This document shows, one piece after another, positions 49,378 through 61,420 of a stretch of 64,000 nt of DNA. Each line of letters begins with the position of its first letter. Positions within the stretch are counted from its first letter, which is position 1. The position numbers and the translations under genes were made by a program. Source of the DNA: Epiperipatus broadwayi. Its lineage: Eukaryota > Animalia > Onychophora. The stretch lies in contig JAQFVV010000008.1 of the NCBI GenBank assembly GCA_028023455.1, positions 6,572,001 to 6,636,000 on the forward strand, given 5' to 3'. Under the pieces are notes generated by a model, which saw nothing but the letters and a program-made list of their open reading frames with translations, was not told the DNA's origin and did no database searches.

Positions 49378-50739
49378 TATTCAAAAAGGATGAATCATTA
49401 GAAAAATTTGAATCACTATTTGTGCTAAAGTTGTAACCTTCTTAAAATAATTTTTTGGTAAGGCATTGAACCTATGGATGGAAAATATAAATTTCTACAA
49501 TGGTTCTAATGGGTATTATTGTATTCCATCGGAAACATTTGAGACTGTAGAAGATTAATTTTAAAAAAAAATAAAATTGTACGGCGAGTTTTATATTATT
49601 TTTTGAGTGAATGCGAATGATAAACACGTTCATTCAATCTTAATTTATATATACATGCTAATAATACACATACAAAAGCATGTAATATATATATGTGTGA
49701 ATGTTGAAAACTACTATATATTTACAGTATAGTAAACAATATATATTATAATCAAAGCTTATAAACAAAATATTAGCTATTATCCTCTACATATGATGTA
49801 TGCAAAAGGAATTTGGAACAAAATATAATGGATATTACAGCTCCCACTACATTTTTTTCTTGAATAGCAGATAGGTGAATTAGCAATGATAATGCAGTGA
49901 ATGTCAATGTCCAACATTTACATATAAATGCTCTTGTATTTTAAGAAACAAATTATTAACCATGTCTGTTAGAGAACAATTTAGCTTTGTTTAATTGATA
50001 TTGAATATATTGTAACAGGATTCTCTCTATATATAAAACCCTCCGACTATATCCGTTACCATAAGCAAGAGAACATATAAATATAAACGATTTACATCTA
50101 TACCCGATCAAACCTGCAACAATACGAATATTGCTACAAAGTTATCTTTCTGATCAGATGTCTGTCGACTGCTGCAATTATTACAAATTTATAGCGCTTA
50201 GATGAATTTATAAATTTGACGGGAAATTACTAATACTATACAATAATCAATACACGTACCATATTACTAGAAATAGATTCTAATTGATTATGAAATAAGC
50301 CCTATAGGCATATTACTCTGACTCGTTTGGTGAGAAAGACGAGACATAAAGAGCCATCCATTATCTAAGCACTATTTAATACATAAAATACATATATATA
50401 CAAATAAGACATAATATTATATTAAAAAAATCATTCAAGATAAATAAGATAAAATTATATATAGTTCTATAGCACTCATACTAATAATAGTAATCGTCTC
50501 CAATATATGAAATAATTATAGAAAGCAAAATATCACTTTCCATTCCAGTGCTTTACCGATAAATCTAATATATAGTTCACTTTACTAATAATTAATTAAG
50601 CGATTAGATCTAAGTTCATTTGGCCATGTTACTGAAAGTGTCTACACGTGTGACATATATATTTAAAAGTTTGATTTACCTAAGTTTTCTTACAATTAGA
50701 GTATACTCAACTAACCGTCATGTGAGTTATCCCACTTCT

Positions 50740-50950
50740 TTAGGAGAGACAGTTATTCTTGGGATCTGGCACCGATTTCTTCCATTCAGTTCATTTCCTC
50801 CGTATTCTTTAGTGACAAGAACGATGAGCTATCAGGCAGGCGCAATATCTGCTGTTAATTCATGGATTGTGACTGACCATACGAGCAAGGCAGGTATGAA
50901 TCAAACTAGCATCGTCTGTGGCCACTAGCCACGCATCCCCAAAGCTTCAT
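50740..50950 (-). mobile_element. Possible Gypsy integrase C-terminal relic
   Basis: - strand FIPALLVWSVTIHELTADIAPA loosely resembles LPALLFAYRTTVHESTGxSPA; weak match. Confidence 0.35.
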
Positions 50951-52405
50951 AATTATAGCAGTTTGTTCATGGTTACTTAATCCAACATTTCGGCACTCTT
51001 AAAAAAAAAACCAAAGTAAAGTCTTAGACAAGAAGCCTAATAAAAGTTTTGCTTTTCTCTCCTCCTTTTTTTTCTTCTTGATCTCTCTTTTTTCCGTTCA
51101 CTGGAATGTCATTATGTCCATTTCACACCTTTATTTCTACTTCCTTTCGCAAACCTATATATTTTTTCTTTAATTTTATAGCATCAGTTTTGATTGATTA
51201 TTTATTATTTTTTCCTTTTTTTTTTTTTTTTACTACTCAATAAAATCAAGTTTATTTACTTACAATATCCTTTCCCTTCCTTTAAACAGTTATATATATT
51301 TCACTCATTCAAATGTAGTTTTACAGAAAAGATTCTTATCTTTACATAAACCTATCTCTACTTATATATATTTCAACGAAATTTTGTAAATATTAGTTCT
51401 TAAATTATCTGACTCCTTTTTCTTTTAAATTTCCTTTTAAGTCTTGATCATAAAATTAAATGATACATGTTTAACGCTCTCTTAACTTTATTAATTATTT
51501 CCTTTTCAAAATGTTGATTTTGAAGAGTAAAAGATTCGAATCTCGTTTTGCCCCCTTCCCTTTCCTTCACTTAACTACTGCAACATTTTTCTTTGTAATT
51601 AATTCTAATCAGTTCAATTCAAACGACTTCGATTTAAACACACTATAAATCTTGTAATAGATTTCCTCTTTTTTTTCTTTCGTTCTTTCGAGTTTATTCT
51701 TCAATTTCTGTCTAGTTTTAAACCCTATTTCATATTTCAAAAAAAAAAAAACATATTTAATATTACTTGACATATTAAATATTTACATGTGTGATCACAG
51801 TGTGTGTGATCATTACAATATATAATGTGAAATAGTAATGTATGTTACAAGCCCCCCCCCCCCGATTTAAATCTATATATATTTTTAATATTAGATATAA
51901 TTAAAGTGTTACATCGGTTTTTAATTAAGCAACTTCTAATATAAAGGAAAACGATAAAATGACACAACTTAATCTATTTCAAAAAAAAAAAAATTAAAAT
52001 AGTGAATAATGGATTATAATGTTCTAAACATTTTGAAAAAATAATGATTAGAAAGAATCTCTCCTATAAAATAAAAAATCATTATTGAAAAAATTATGAC
52101 AACAATAAATCAAAATATAATTTTTTTTTAAATAATGCAAAACATGTTTAAAGGAAACTGAAAAGAAAAAGAAAGAAAAAATTGATGAATAATCTGAAAG
52201 ATACAGTTAAGAGACTAAGAAAAAATAGCAAGAATAATACACTGTTTAACACATGTAAAACAATGATTAATGAAATAGAAATATATATTTTTTAAATGCC
52301 TTTTGTAAATTTATAAATAAAATGATCTATACTCATTTTTCACATGTTAATACATTCCAAATAAATAATACAATCAAATTTAAAAATAAGTTTTAATAAA
52401 TACAA

Positions 52406-52652
52406 TTAAACAATCAAATCTGCAAAAAAATTATCTTCTGGACGATTTAATCGCTTATTTCTATCAGTCTTCTTTGCTTTTGCTTTTACATCAATTTCTA
52501 TTTCCATATCTTCAATTCTCCAAAATTTAATACATTCATCTTGTCCACTACTGACCAAAAATGCATCACAACTAGAAGTACACAATTGATCTACTGAAAG
52601 ATTATGCTCTCCAATAATCCCAACAAACCTGTGTGGGAATAAATTTATGACT
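52406..52652 (-). CDS. WDR55: WDR55 last coding exon
   Basis: ttttcag acceptor. Encodes (R)VINLFPHRFVGIIGEHNLSVDQLCTSSCDAFLVSSGQDECIKFW...EDNFFADLIV*, matching the WDR55 C-terminus including the DDFF-like tail. Confidence 0.9.
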
Positions 52653-52790
52653 CTGAAAAAAGAAAAACTTTATGAACATTACATATTAGATTTGTAATTA
52701 CTGGATGACATATTTGATAAAACATTCTTCAAAATAGTTTCTCTTTTATTTTTTTAAAGTTTATTCTTAAATGAAGACATATTTATATAC

Positions 52791-52959
52791 CTTATAAGAC
52801 CATCTGCTGAACCAGTACAAATGACATCTTCATCTATTGGTATAATAGTCTCTATAGTCTCTGGATGCCCAGGAAATCGGTCACTCATATTACTCCACTC
52901 TCCCCAATTAAAAAAATAAAGTACACCTTCCCCAGATCCACAGACAAGTTTGTGCTCAT
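52791..52959 (-). CDS. WDR55: WDR55 exon (apparent 1-nt deletion near 52930)
   Basis: ttttag acceptor, gtatat donor. Encodes NEHKLVCGS[G]EGVLYFFNWGEWSNMSDRFPGHPETIETIIPIDEDVICTGSADGLIR. Length is 169 nt; 170 are needed for phase. Confidence 0.85.
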
Positions 52960-55751
52960 TCTAAAATGTAATATATATTTATATTTGATCAACTTGGTAA
53001 ACAATTGAAATATTTATAAATAGAAAAGATGTATAGGTTGCACTGATACAATCCATTAAACATTTTTTGCAGCAAGAAATCATTTCCTACAAACAATTTT
53101 TTTTAATTATATATATATTTAAAAATGGCTTATTTACAATTTGACTATATAGAGACAACTGGGTCACATTAATAAAACATGTACACTACTGACAATAAAT
53201 AAGTTATCTTAATTAAGATTATGTAAACTTGGACTAAATTTAACACAAAACTTTTACAAAAGAAATTTAATATTCTAAAGGATTCAACATGTAAACTGTT
53301 CTTTATAATATCACATAAGTGAAGTGATTAATTCAAAATGTACTATATAGCAGAAACTGTATATGATATATTTCACACGATTAAAAATTTGAAAACTAAA
53401 AACTCATAAATTATGAGATATAGACAAAATTAATACTCCATATAATACCAAAAGTAAGCAGAATCGCACAAAAAAAGTTTGCTGCAAGAGAGAGAATGAA
53501 ATTTCTCAAACAATTCTGCACTATAGGATTATAAACCTATTAACAAAACTCTCCTTACAGACAAATCATGGCAACATAACAAAATTGGACATAATTAAAA
53601 AGAGTACAGTTGCTAAACCTTGATCTACTGAGTAATACTTGATTTAAATGTTTAATTAAATCAATCATAATTCAGATTTATCTTAGCAAATTGACTGAAT
53701 TGATAACTCATTAAATAACCTTCAATGAAAATGTTTCGTATTTTCTTAAAAGGAATTGAATATAAAATATTTTACTGAGTATAATATGGCTTTTAGCATG
53801 ATTGTGTTATGAGTAATAAAAAAAAAGATAATTCCAAGAACCATCACCTTACCAACAATGTATAAAATGTGAAATTATATTAACAGTTGAACAAACAATT
53901 TAAATATCAATAATTACAATAACCCTACATTTGAACATGGAATATTTGATTATAGACAATGGATATACTATATCAGAGAGTTAACCCTTTTTTTTTTAAA
54001 TTAGGTGAGCCATTACATCATTTCATTCACTTAATAAAAATATACTTAAATATTTATATAGTATGGAACATAAAAACTTTTTAAAAATTACCCTATTCTA
54101 ATATATAAGTACTCCTCCACATACTCAATTTCTTTATAAATCTTGTTCTTTTGAACAAACCAACTTTTTTTCCACATTTCAATATACAGTGCATTAATAT
54201 ACATCTACTATACCACATCTTATGGTCACTTTCAAAATCAATAATATAGATTTAGAAATTGTATCAAAAATTGACAATATTTTAATATATTATTAATTCC
54301 CCATACAGTTAGAAATCAATCCACATTTATATTTCCTAAAAAAAAATTTTTCCCTCAATTACCTTCATTCCTCTATCTAATATTTTTTCTTTTAATTCAT
54401 TTAATTTAAGGAATAAGATTTTTTTTTCAAAAAATGTTCAAGTAAATTCATGAAGAAAATTGGACAAAGGTGGAAATAATTAATATATATATATATATTT
54501 ACTTTAGAAAATATATATTTGTAGAAGTGAATTTTATATGATTAATTGATTTTTGTAAACACAAATTACAAATATAAGTGGATTTGTAAATGAGTGAAAA
54601 ATTATTATAATATTGTGAATAATATATAAATTTGTAGGAATAGACCTTGAAAATGATTGTAGGATATAGTGGAAAATAGATTAAATAAAGATATACTACA
54701 TATATGAGATATGAAGGATTATTTATATACTGAAAATCAAGATAATGAACCATTATATCATTTTAGACAATGCTAATAACTGAAGACTGCATGTATTACT
54801 TGCAACTCTCCAGTTTGAATGCTCTAATAAATTATTGAACAATAAATAAATGAACTCTCATTATTAGAACTAGCATTTTAAGCAAATCAAATGAAGATTC
54901 ACAAATTTTATTCAATTAAACACATTTCAATCAAACCAAATGTTTATCACTATTAAATAGGGGTAGGCATTTATAACGAGATGAAGCATGTATATTTGAT
55001 AAAACCATGACAATATACGCTTGGTTTGTCTGCAGTAAACTCATATTAATTTTTATTATCTATAAAAATTGAACCATATATACAGCAGATAAATTGGAAG
55101 AATTCATTTATATATTTTGTCAACTAGTACATATTGCATTGGGGATATCCATGAATTATTCAGTTTTTTTTTTATTTTGAGAGAAACAATGCCAGAAATA
55201 GGGGGGGGGGGGGAACTAGAAATAAAAAAACAAAACAATTAGTCAAAAAATGCCTTAAATAATTTACAGAAATTATTATTGTGCTACAAGAAAAACGAAA
55301 TGCATATTAGAAATTCAATATGTGTTTAATCATAACTCTAAAAATTCCATTCACAAAGAAAGCAGAGCAATTACAAGTACAGTACTAGATTAATGAGATA
55401 TTAGCTTCCATTATACAAGACATGCTTACTAATGACTAGAATGGAATCATCTACTTCCTTGATCATTGTAAGACCTAATATTGGGCTATTAACTAAAATA
55501 TAAGTCTACTTGAGTAATTGGAACTGTGATGATAGTTGTTAACAATTGATTGTGATGTTATTATCACATTAATATAGAAAATTTCAATATTTGTTTTTGC
55601 ATTTCCTGTAATTTCATTTTACAAATAAATATTTTAATTTAAAACAGGAAAAACTCACTATATATATTGCCACACACAGCAAGCTAGAGTAATCAATGGA
55701 TGCCAGAAAGCTTGTGCATAAAATCCCCATCTAGTGCCTACTCATCCAATA

Positions 55752-55790
55752 TCCCCAGACTAGTTTCTGGCTTATGGCCGTCAGTGAGGA
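55752..55790 (-). ncRNA. Family-1 HHR motif with a 3-nt core deletion
   Basis: - strand TCCTCA-CTGACG-GCCATAAGCC-AGAAACTAGTC/TGGGGA. Confidence 0.55.
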
Positions 55791-56186
55791 GCCTTGGATC
55801 TGAGAGCACTGCATCTAGATCTTAGGATCTAATGGAACCCTCCAGAAACCACCTTTTATCTCCATTTAACTACAAAACTATGAGTCTTAAACTGAAAACA
55901 CCTTAATGTTTTCAATCCAAGCCCATTAGCTTATATAGTCATATGGGTCTGAACCCAGTTCAATACCCATACATTTTGGTGTCTTTGGTTCTTTAATAAC
56001 CATAGCCACCACTATCCTATTAGGCAGGATTGGTTTTAAGCCAATAAACATCACATGACCATCTCCTCTTATGCTTGTGTTAAAACAGGCAACACTATAT
56101 ATTTCCACACACGCAAGCTAGAGTAATCAATGGATGCCAGAAGGCTTGTGCATAAAATCCCCATCTAGTGCCTACACATCCAATTA

Positions 56187-56228
56187 TCCCCAGACTAGTT
56201 TCTGGCTTATGGCCTTCGTCAGTGAGGA
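56187..56228 (-). ncRNA. Family-1 minimal HHR motif, intact core, WDR55 sense strand
   Basis: - strand TCCTCA-CTGACGA-A-GGC-CATAA-GCC-A-GAAA-CTAG-TC/TGGGGA. Confidence 0.75.
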
Positions 56229-56250
56229 ACCTTGCTCTCAAATCTAAGGC

Positions 56251-56292
56251 TCCTCACTGACGAAGGCCATAAGCCAGAAACTAGTCTGGGGA
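56251..56292 (+). ncRNA. Family-1 minimal HHR motif, intact core, antisense to WDR55
   Basis: Identical 42-nt motif on the + strand; predicted cleavage after C56286. Confidence 0.75.
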
Positions 56293-56847
56293 TAATTGGA
56301 TGTGTAGGCACTAGATGGGGATTTTATGCACAAGCCTTCTGGCATCCATTGACTACTCTAGCTTGCTGTGTGTGGCAATATATATAGTGAGTTTTGCCTA
56401 TTTTAACAACAGTTATACGCAAGCATAAGAGGAGGTGGTCGTGTGATGTTTATTGGCTTATATTTTAATTTGTGTGTTTTGTTTTTTGGTTATCTTATTT
56501 AGTTAATAAAAATTTAAGGAAATCTATTAATATCAAAAATAATAACACACTTATCAATAACAATTAAACACCACCAATCAGTGAAATGAAATTATAAAAG
56601 CTTATTACAGAATGAATAATTTATGGACACATAAATAATAGTAAATATTAAAAAATTTGTTTTAATATATTTTGACATCTAATTTACTAACACAAGTATT
56701 GAGAAAACAGTCATTCTAAATCCAATATATATATATATATGAAAAGAATAACTGGCTATTATAGTAAAGCCAGAAATTTTTATAAAATAATAAAAAATAA
56801 AAAACTGAAATTATTTGAATCTATAGGAGAAAATGTTATCTACTTAC

Positions 56848-56947
56848 TTTTACAATAGCAAGAGATAGTAGTTCAGATGTAAATAATTCTGACTGCATTT
56901 CCATTTTCTTTTTGCGAATATTAAATGTTGTTAAAGTACCTTCACCA
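56848..56947 (-). CDS. WDR55: WDR55 exon
   Basis: ttttag acceptor, gtaagt donor. Encodes (S)GEGTLTTFNIRKKKMEMQSELFTSELLSLAIVK; 100 nt, phases consistent with both neighbours. Confidence 0.9.
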
Positions 56948-57049
56948 CTAAAACAAAACAAAAAAATTATCATGACTCCAAAAAAAATTATATTATGAAA
57001 TGTATATAATATCATTTTCAATTATTACTGATCCATTGCAGGATAAAGG

Positions 57050-57800
57050 TCTTTCCAAGTTTAGTCCAGTTTCTCAGATTCCTAACCTCTCTTCTCCACA
57101 ACACACCAGCAAATTTCCTTATGTCATCCATTCATTTCACATGTGGTCTCTTTCATGGTCTTTTATTACAATCTCTCAGGATTCAATTGAAAACATCAAT
57201 TGTTCATTTATTATCATCTCTTCTAGCAATATATTCAGCCCAACTCTACTTATGTCTCATTTCAATTATGTTAGTGATACTTGTCTATTTTCTCATCCAT
57301 ATATTTCGTTTTCGATCACTTTTGGTTACTCCTAACATACATCTTGCCACAAGTTTCCAAATCTCAGATCCATAAATAAAAACTGGAAAAACATTTAGGC
57401 ACATTTCCTTTTAATATGAAGTTATTACAACCAAATGTATTGCATTCAAATTTAATTCTATGATTAATTTCATCCATTATGTTTTTATAATTGTTAACAT
57501 ATTCTAATCCATGATAATCAATCTTTACTTTTCTGAGAAAATCCAATGAATGTTATTTTAGTCTTTTTAGCATTTATTTATAGTCCTATTTTCTTTCTTT
57601 CATATAATAATTTTGCAACATTTTTTGAAGCTCTGACACATTATTTGCAAAAAACAATTAAATACTTGGAAAAATAAAGATTTAGGGAAAAAATTACATT
57701 GCCATTTTTAATTTTATCAAACAATTTAAAATATCTTAACCTTTGCTTTAGTTTCTTTACTTTTTCTCTTATTTCATTCATTTTTAGTTCCCTTAAAATT
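57050..57800 (-). mobile_element. Decayed RTE-clade fragment
   Basis: - strand NVFPVFIYGSEIWKL (about 57350-57395), similar to the RTE motif PVLTYGxETW. Confidence 0.6.
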
Positions 57801-60368
57801 TATTTCCATATCTTTAGGCATTAATATATTCTTGTAGTAAAATGAAAAGCTGACATCTAGTGATAAAAAATCACTAACTCTTAATAATAAAAACTGTTCT
57901 TGATTTTTAATTTTTATATTCAATATTTCAGATGAACTTCACTAAAATATTGTAAAAAAATCTATAGTTTTGTTGTTGTTTTTTTATTTCAAATAATGTT
58001 TCTATAATAAGTCAAGTTTATGTCAGACAGCTATTTCTCCAAAATGAAAATTGTTATTTTATAACTATGACAATTTATGAAAGTCTATACTTAAAATTTT
58101 ATTTTATTTTTAGTCAATCCATTTCACTGACTTTTGATATAAATTAGAGAATATAGTCACTTTTTTTGAAAAAAATAATTTTTTCACAACAACTTAAAGA
58201 TTAATCTTGCACAAACTGCTTTTTAATAATTTTTTTTTTTTTTTTACATTTTTAAATTTCATGTTTTAATAACTAAAATTTACAAGAACTTTTGCTTCAG
58301 AATAAAAACATTCACTTTCTGCAGTAATCTTAAATCAAAGTGAACTACAGTTGACATAATCTTCTAACAAACGAACACTTCTTAGGCCTAAATGTTAGTT
58401 CTATAATAAATCCTTATCTTGATATATTGCATCATTCCAATTTTAAATAAGCATGAAATTTCAGCATCTAAATCAAATCAAACATTATAATATTGACCAA
58501 TATAAATTTATTCCACCATTATAATAATTATTTCTATTTGTCAATATATACATTTCTGGATTTATGCGATTATTTTTTACCAAAAGACATCACTCCATTC
58601 TATTTATCAGGTAGCCAAATGACTTAATGTTTGTTTTAAATAAAAAGTTTGTTCATGTAAAATACATAAAGTCTATTTCCGGACTTGTAAAATTAAGAAT
58701 TAGTATCCATCTTACAATTCCTGAAATTATTTCATGAAATGCGTTTTTATAGATATTAGTATTTCAAGCATGAATTTTTTCGTTTACTAATAATCGTTTG
58801 AAATATTTCCCAAAAAAAAAAAAAAAAATAGTATTGAAAAATTATTAATGATTAAAATGAGTTTGTTTTCAAAAAAAAAATTAGCAAGCTACAAGATTTA
58901 CAGTAGTTGAAAAATTGTTCCTAATTCGAACTCTCAAGAGTAATTTTTAAAAGACAAAGTATATGTATGTGACAATTCATAAAATGATCTAAAAATGTTT
59001 TAAATGATACTTCATGTTCTTTTTATTTTTATCAGTACATCCCTTATCTCACCTTCACCACACTGCAATCAACCACCAGCACTTGCTTAATAAAGACTTT
59101 GTTTTAGTAATTAGATTCAAAAAATCCCAATTCCTTTATGAATCAGTGATAAAAGTAAAAAAAATCTTTGGCAACTTAAAAATGTGAATCAATTTAAATG
59201 TCTTAATACATTTTTAGCTTAAAAAAATAAGATTGGATATGAGGTACAATAAAAATTTGAATATTCTGTTTCTGTATTAAATAAGTTAACACAATATATT
59301 TCATCATAAACTGTTATTTTGGATTTAGTACAAGCACTGGAATTTCCTATTGACATAGTATAAAGGTAAAAAAAAAACTTTCATTCAAAAATGCATTTGC
59401 AGTTTCTAAAAATATGACAACATGATAAGACTTGCTAGAAATGATACTGTAGAATTTACTACTGCAAAGATACATCTTGTTGGATTAAGGATGTAAAGGC
59501 AATGAATGATAACATATTTCCTAGAAAATATTTTATGGTGAATTGAGCATGGTTTTTGTGAGAGAGGCAGACTCCATTTGAATTATACAGATTATCTCAA
59601 AGATAAAACATTCTAAGGAAAATATGACTGAAAATAGAATACATTTCAGTTCACAATATCTTTGAAAATAAAAGTTCACTATAGAAGTTAAAAAATATCA
59701 AGTAAAGACAGTAAAAGACCACATGTATGTATAATCATCACAAAATTTGCTTAACTTGTTAATCTTTGTCTTTTTATTTTTTCTAGAGCTTAGAATGGCC
59801 ATGCTCATTTACAAGCAGCAGCTTTTTATCGTGATGAATATTTTATTTTTATCTGTATATTCCATGAATAAAGCAGTAACCTTAATCCATAATTACTTTC
59901 CCACTTTATAAGAAGACTAGGATAAAGCATTTTGGCTCTTCTTTTGATCTAGCAGTCTTTTATAGTTTTCAAATGTTATTCACTATAATTATTATTAGTC
60001 CACTATTTTTACTTTTCTTCCATAAATGGTGTAGATCTCAACATTTTTATGGATGTCACACACACCTTAGGTCATCTTTTTCTTTCTCTTTCTAACTTTT
60101 TTTCCCCCCGCAATTATCTAACTCATTGAATTAATTATAAACAGAACAAATTTTTGTTTTTTAACTGTAAGCTAAAATTTAAAAACTATTTACTATCAAA
60201 ATTGAAAAGAAAATAATTTGTTAATCATAATATATTAAATTTTAATACATCAAAGTGAATTTTAAAATCTTCAAATTAAAAAAATAAATAAATTACAAAA
60301 TAAATGTTGTCAATTATATAATTTAATGATTTAATACTCAAAAATTAAAAAAAAAAAAAATACTTCAC

Positions 60369-60475
60369 CTTGTGGCAAATAAAAGATTTTTTCCTCTATT
60401 ATGTTTCATATCACTGATATATTCTTCACAACAGTGATTTTCCATGATTGATCGTTGTTGGCGAAAATCCCAAAT
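60369..60475 (-). CDS. WDR55: WDR55 exon (most upstream one found; earlier exons not located in the window)
   Basis: Encodes IWDFRQQRSIMENHCCEEYISDMKHNRGKNLLFAT(S); gtgaag donor; 107 nt, phase 2 matches the next exon. Confidence 0.88.
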
Positions 60476-61261
60476 CTTTATCAAAAATAAATACAATGAT
60501 AGAGACAAGGAAGAAAAAAATAGATACACAAAAATTCTATTGATTTGATATTAGCTTACTTTACATAACTATTCTTATAAGAGTTATTAAAATAATTATA
60601 TGTCCATAGATGCAAAACAAAAACTATTTTCATCTATTTGGTATAGGGATGGGAGGGGAATAATTTTTTATTGTTGAAAATTGATGGAAATTATAAATTT
60701 TCTATTATCCCCCCACCCCCATGTATTAGAATGATTTCAATTTATTAATTATAACAGCTAAAAAACAATGGCTATGAGACTATCAGAATATTCAGTTTTG
60801 ACTCTTAAATTTCTAGAGGAAATTTATCATCTGCTGATTAAATTTTTACCTTAATCAATTAAAAATTTGTAGAATAAACAAGAAAGATAAAAATACAGTT
60901 TAGAAACTTTTTTTTAGATCTTGAGATTCAAGTCATAACAAAGAAGTAAATTGATTGATCAAATCATTAAAAATTAATGCGACTGTTTTTTAAGTCAAGA
61001 TATTAGAAAAATCTTTGGATTATTTTCTAATCTTAAATATTGTCTAGTAAAAACAGTGGCATTTTTATACATCTGAAGTTATACGAGAAAATATCTATCA
61101 ACTCAGCACTGTGTTCATCATGTTTATCAAATAAAGCCATTCTAACTCCAGAAGGGTAAAAAGAAAACAACAAATTTTTCTAAAATGAAATCAACCTTTA
61201 ATATGAGAAATATATTAGCATTTTGCAATAATAGCAAGTTGATGATCAGATCCCCATGATT

Positions 61262-61420
61262 ACAAAGGCAAAAACTCTCCATACAGTAATACCATTCAGT
61301 GTGAGCCAGAGTAATCAATGGATGCAACATTTGTGCATAAAATCTCTATCTAATGCCTACTCACCCAATATCCCCAGACTAGTTTCTAGTTTGTGACTTT
61401 CATCAGTGAGGAGCCTTGAA
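61262..61420 (-). mobile_element. Family-1 HHR repeat copy
   Basis: Collinear with the 15.9-kb and 56-kb copies (aaaactctccatacagta...gagtaatcaatggatgc...tcagtgaggagcctt). Confidence 0.85.
61371..61412 (-). ncRNA. Family-1 minimal HHR motif with compensatory stem II
   Basis: - strand TCCTCA-CTGATGA-A-AGT-CACAA-ACT-A-GAAA-CTAG-TC/TGGGGA. Confidence 0.75.

Larger units (their letters stand above)
55640..56460. mobile_element. Family-1 HHR cluster: head-to-tail dimer plus inverted arm, in a WDR55 intron
   Basis: Direct repeat (55752 vs 56187, period 435 bp). 56037-56233 pairs with 56246-56460 around a 12-nt loop. Confidence 0.9.
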
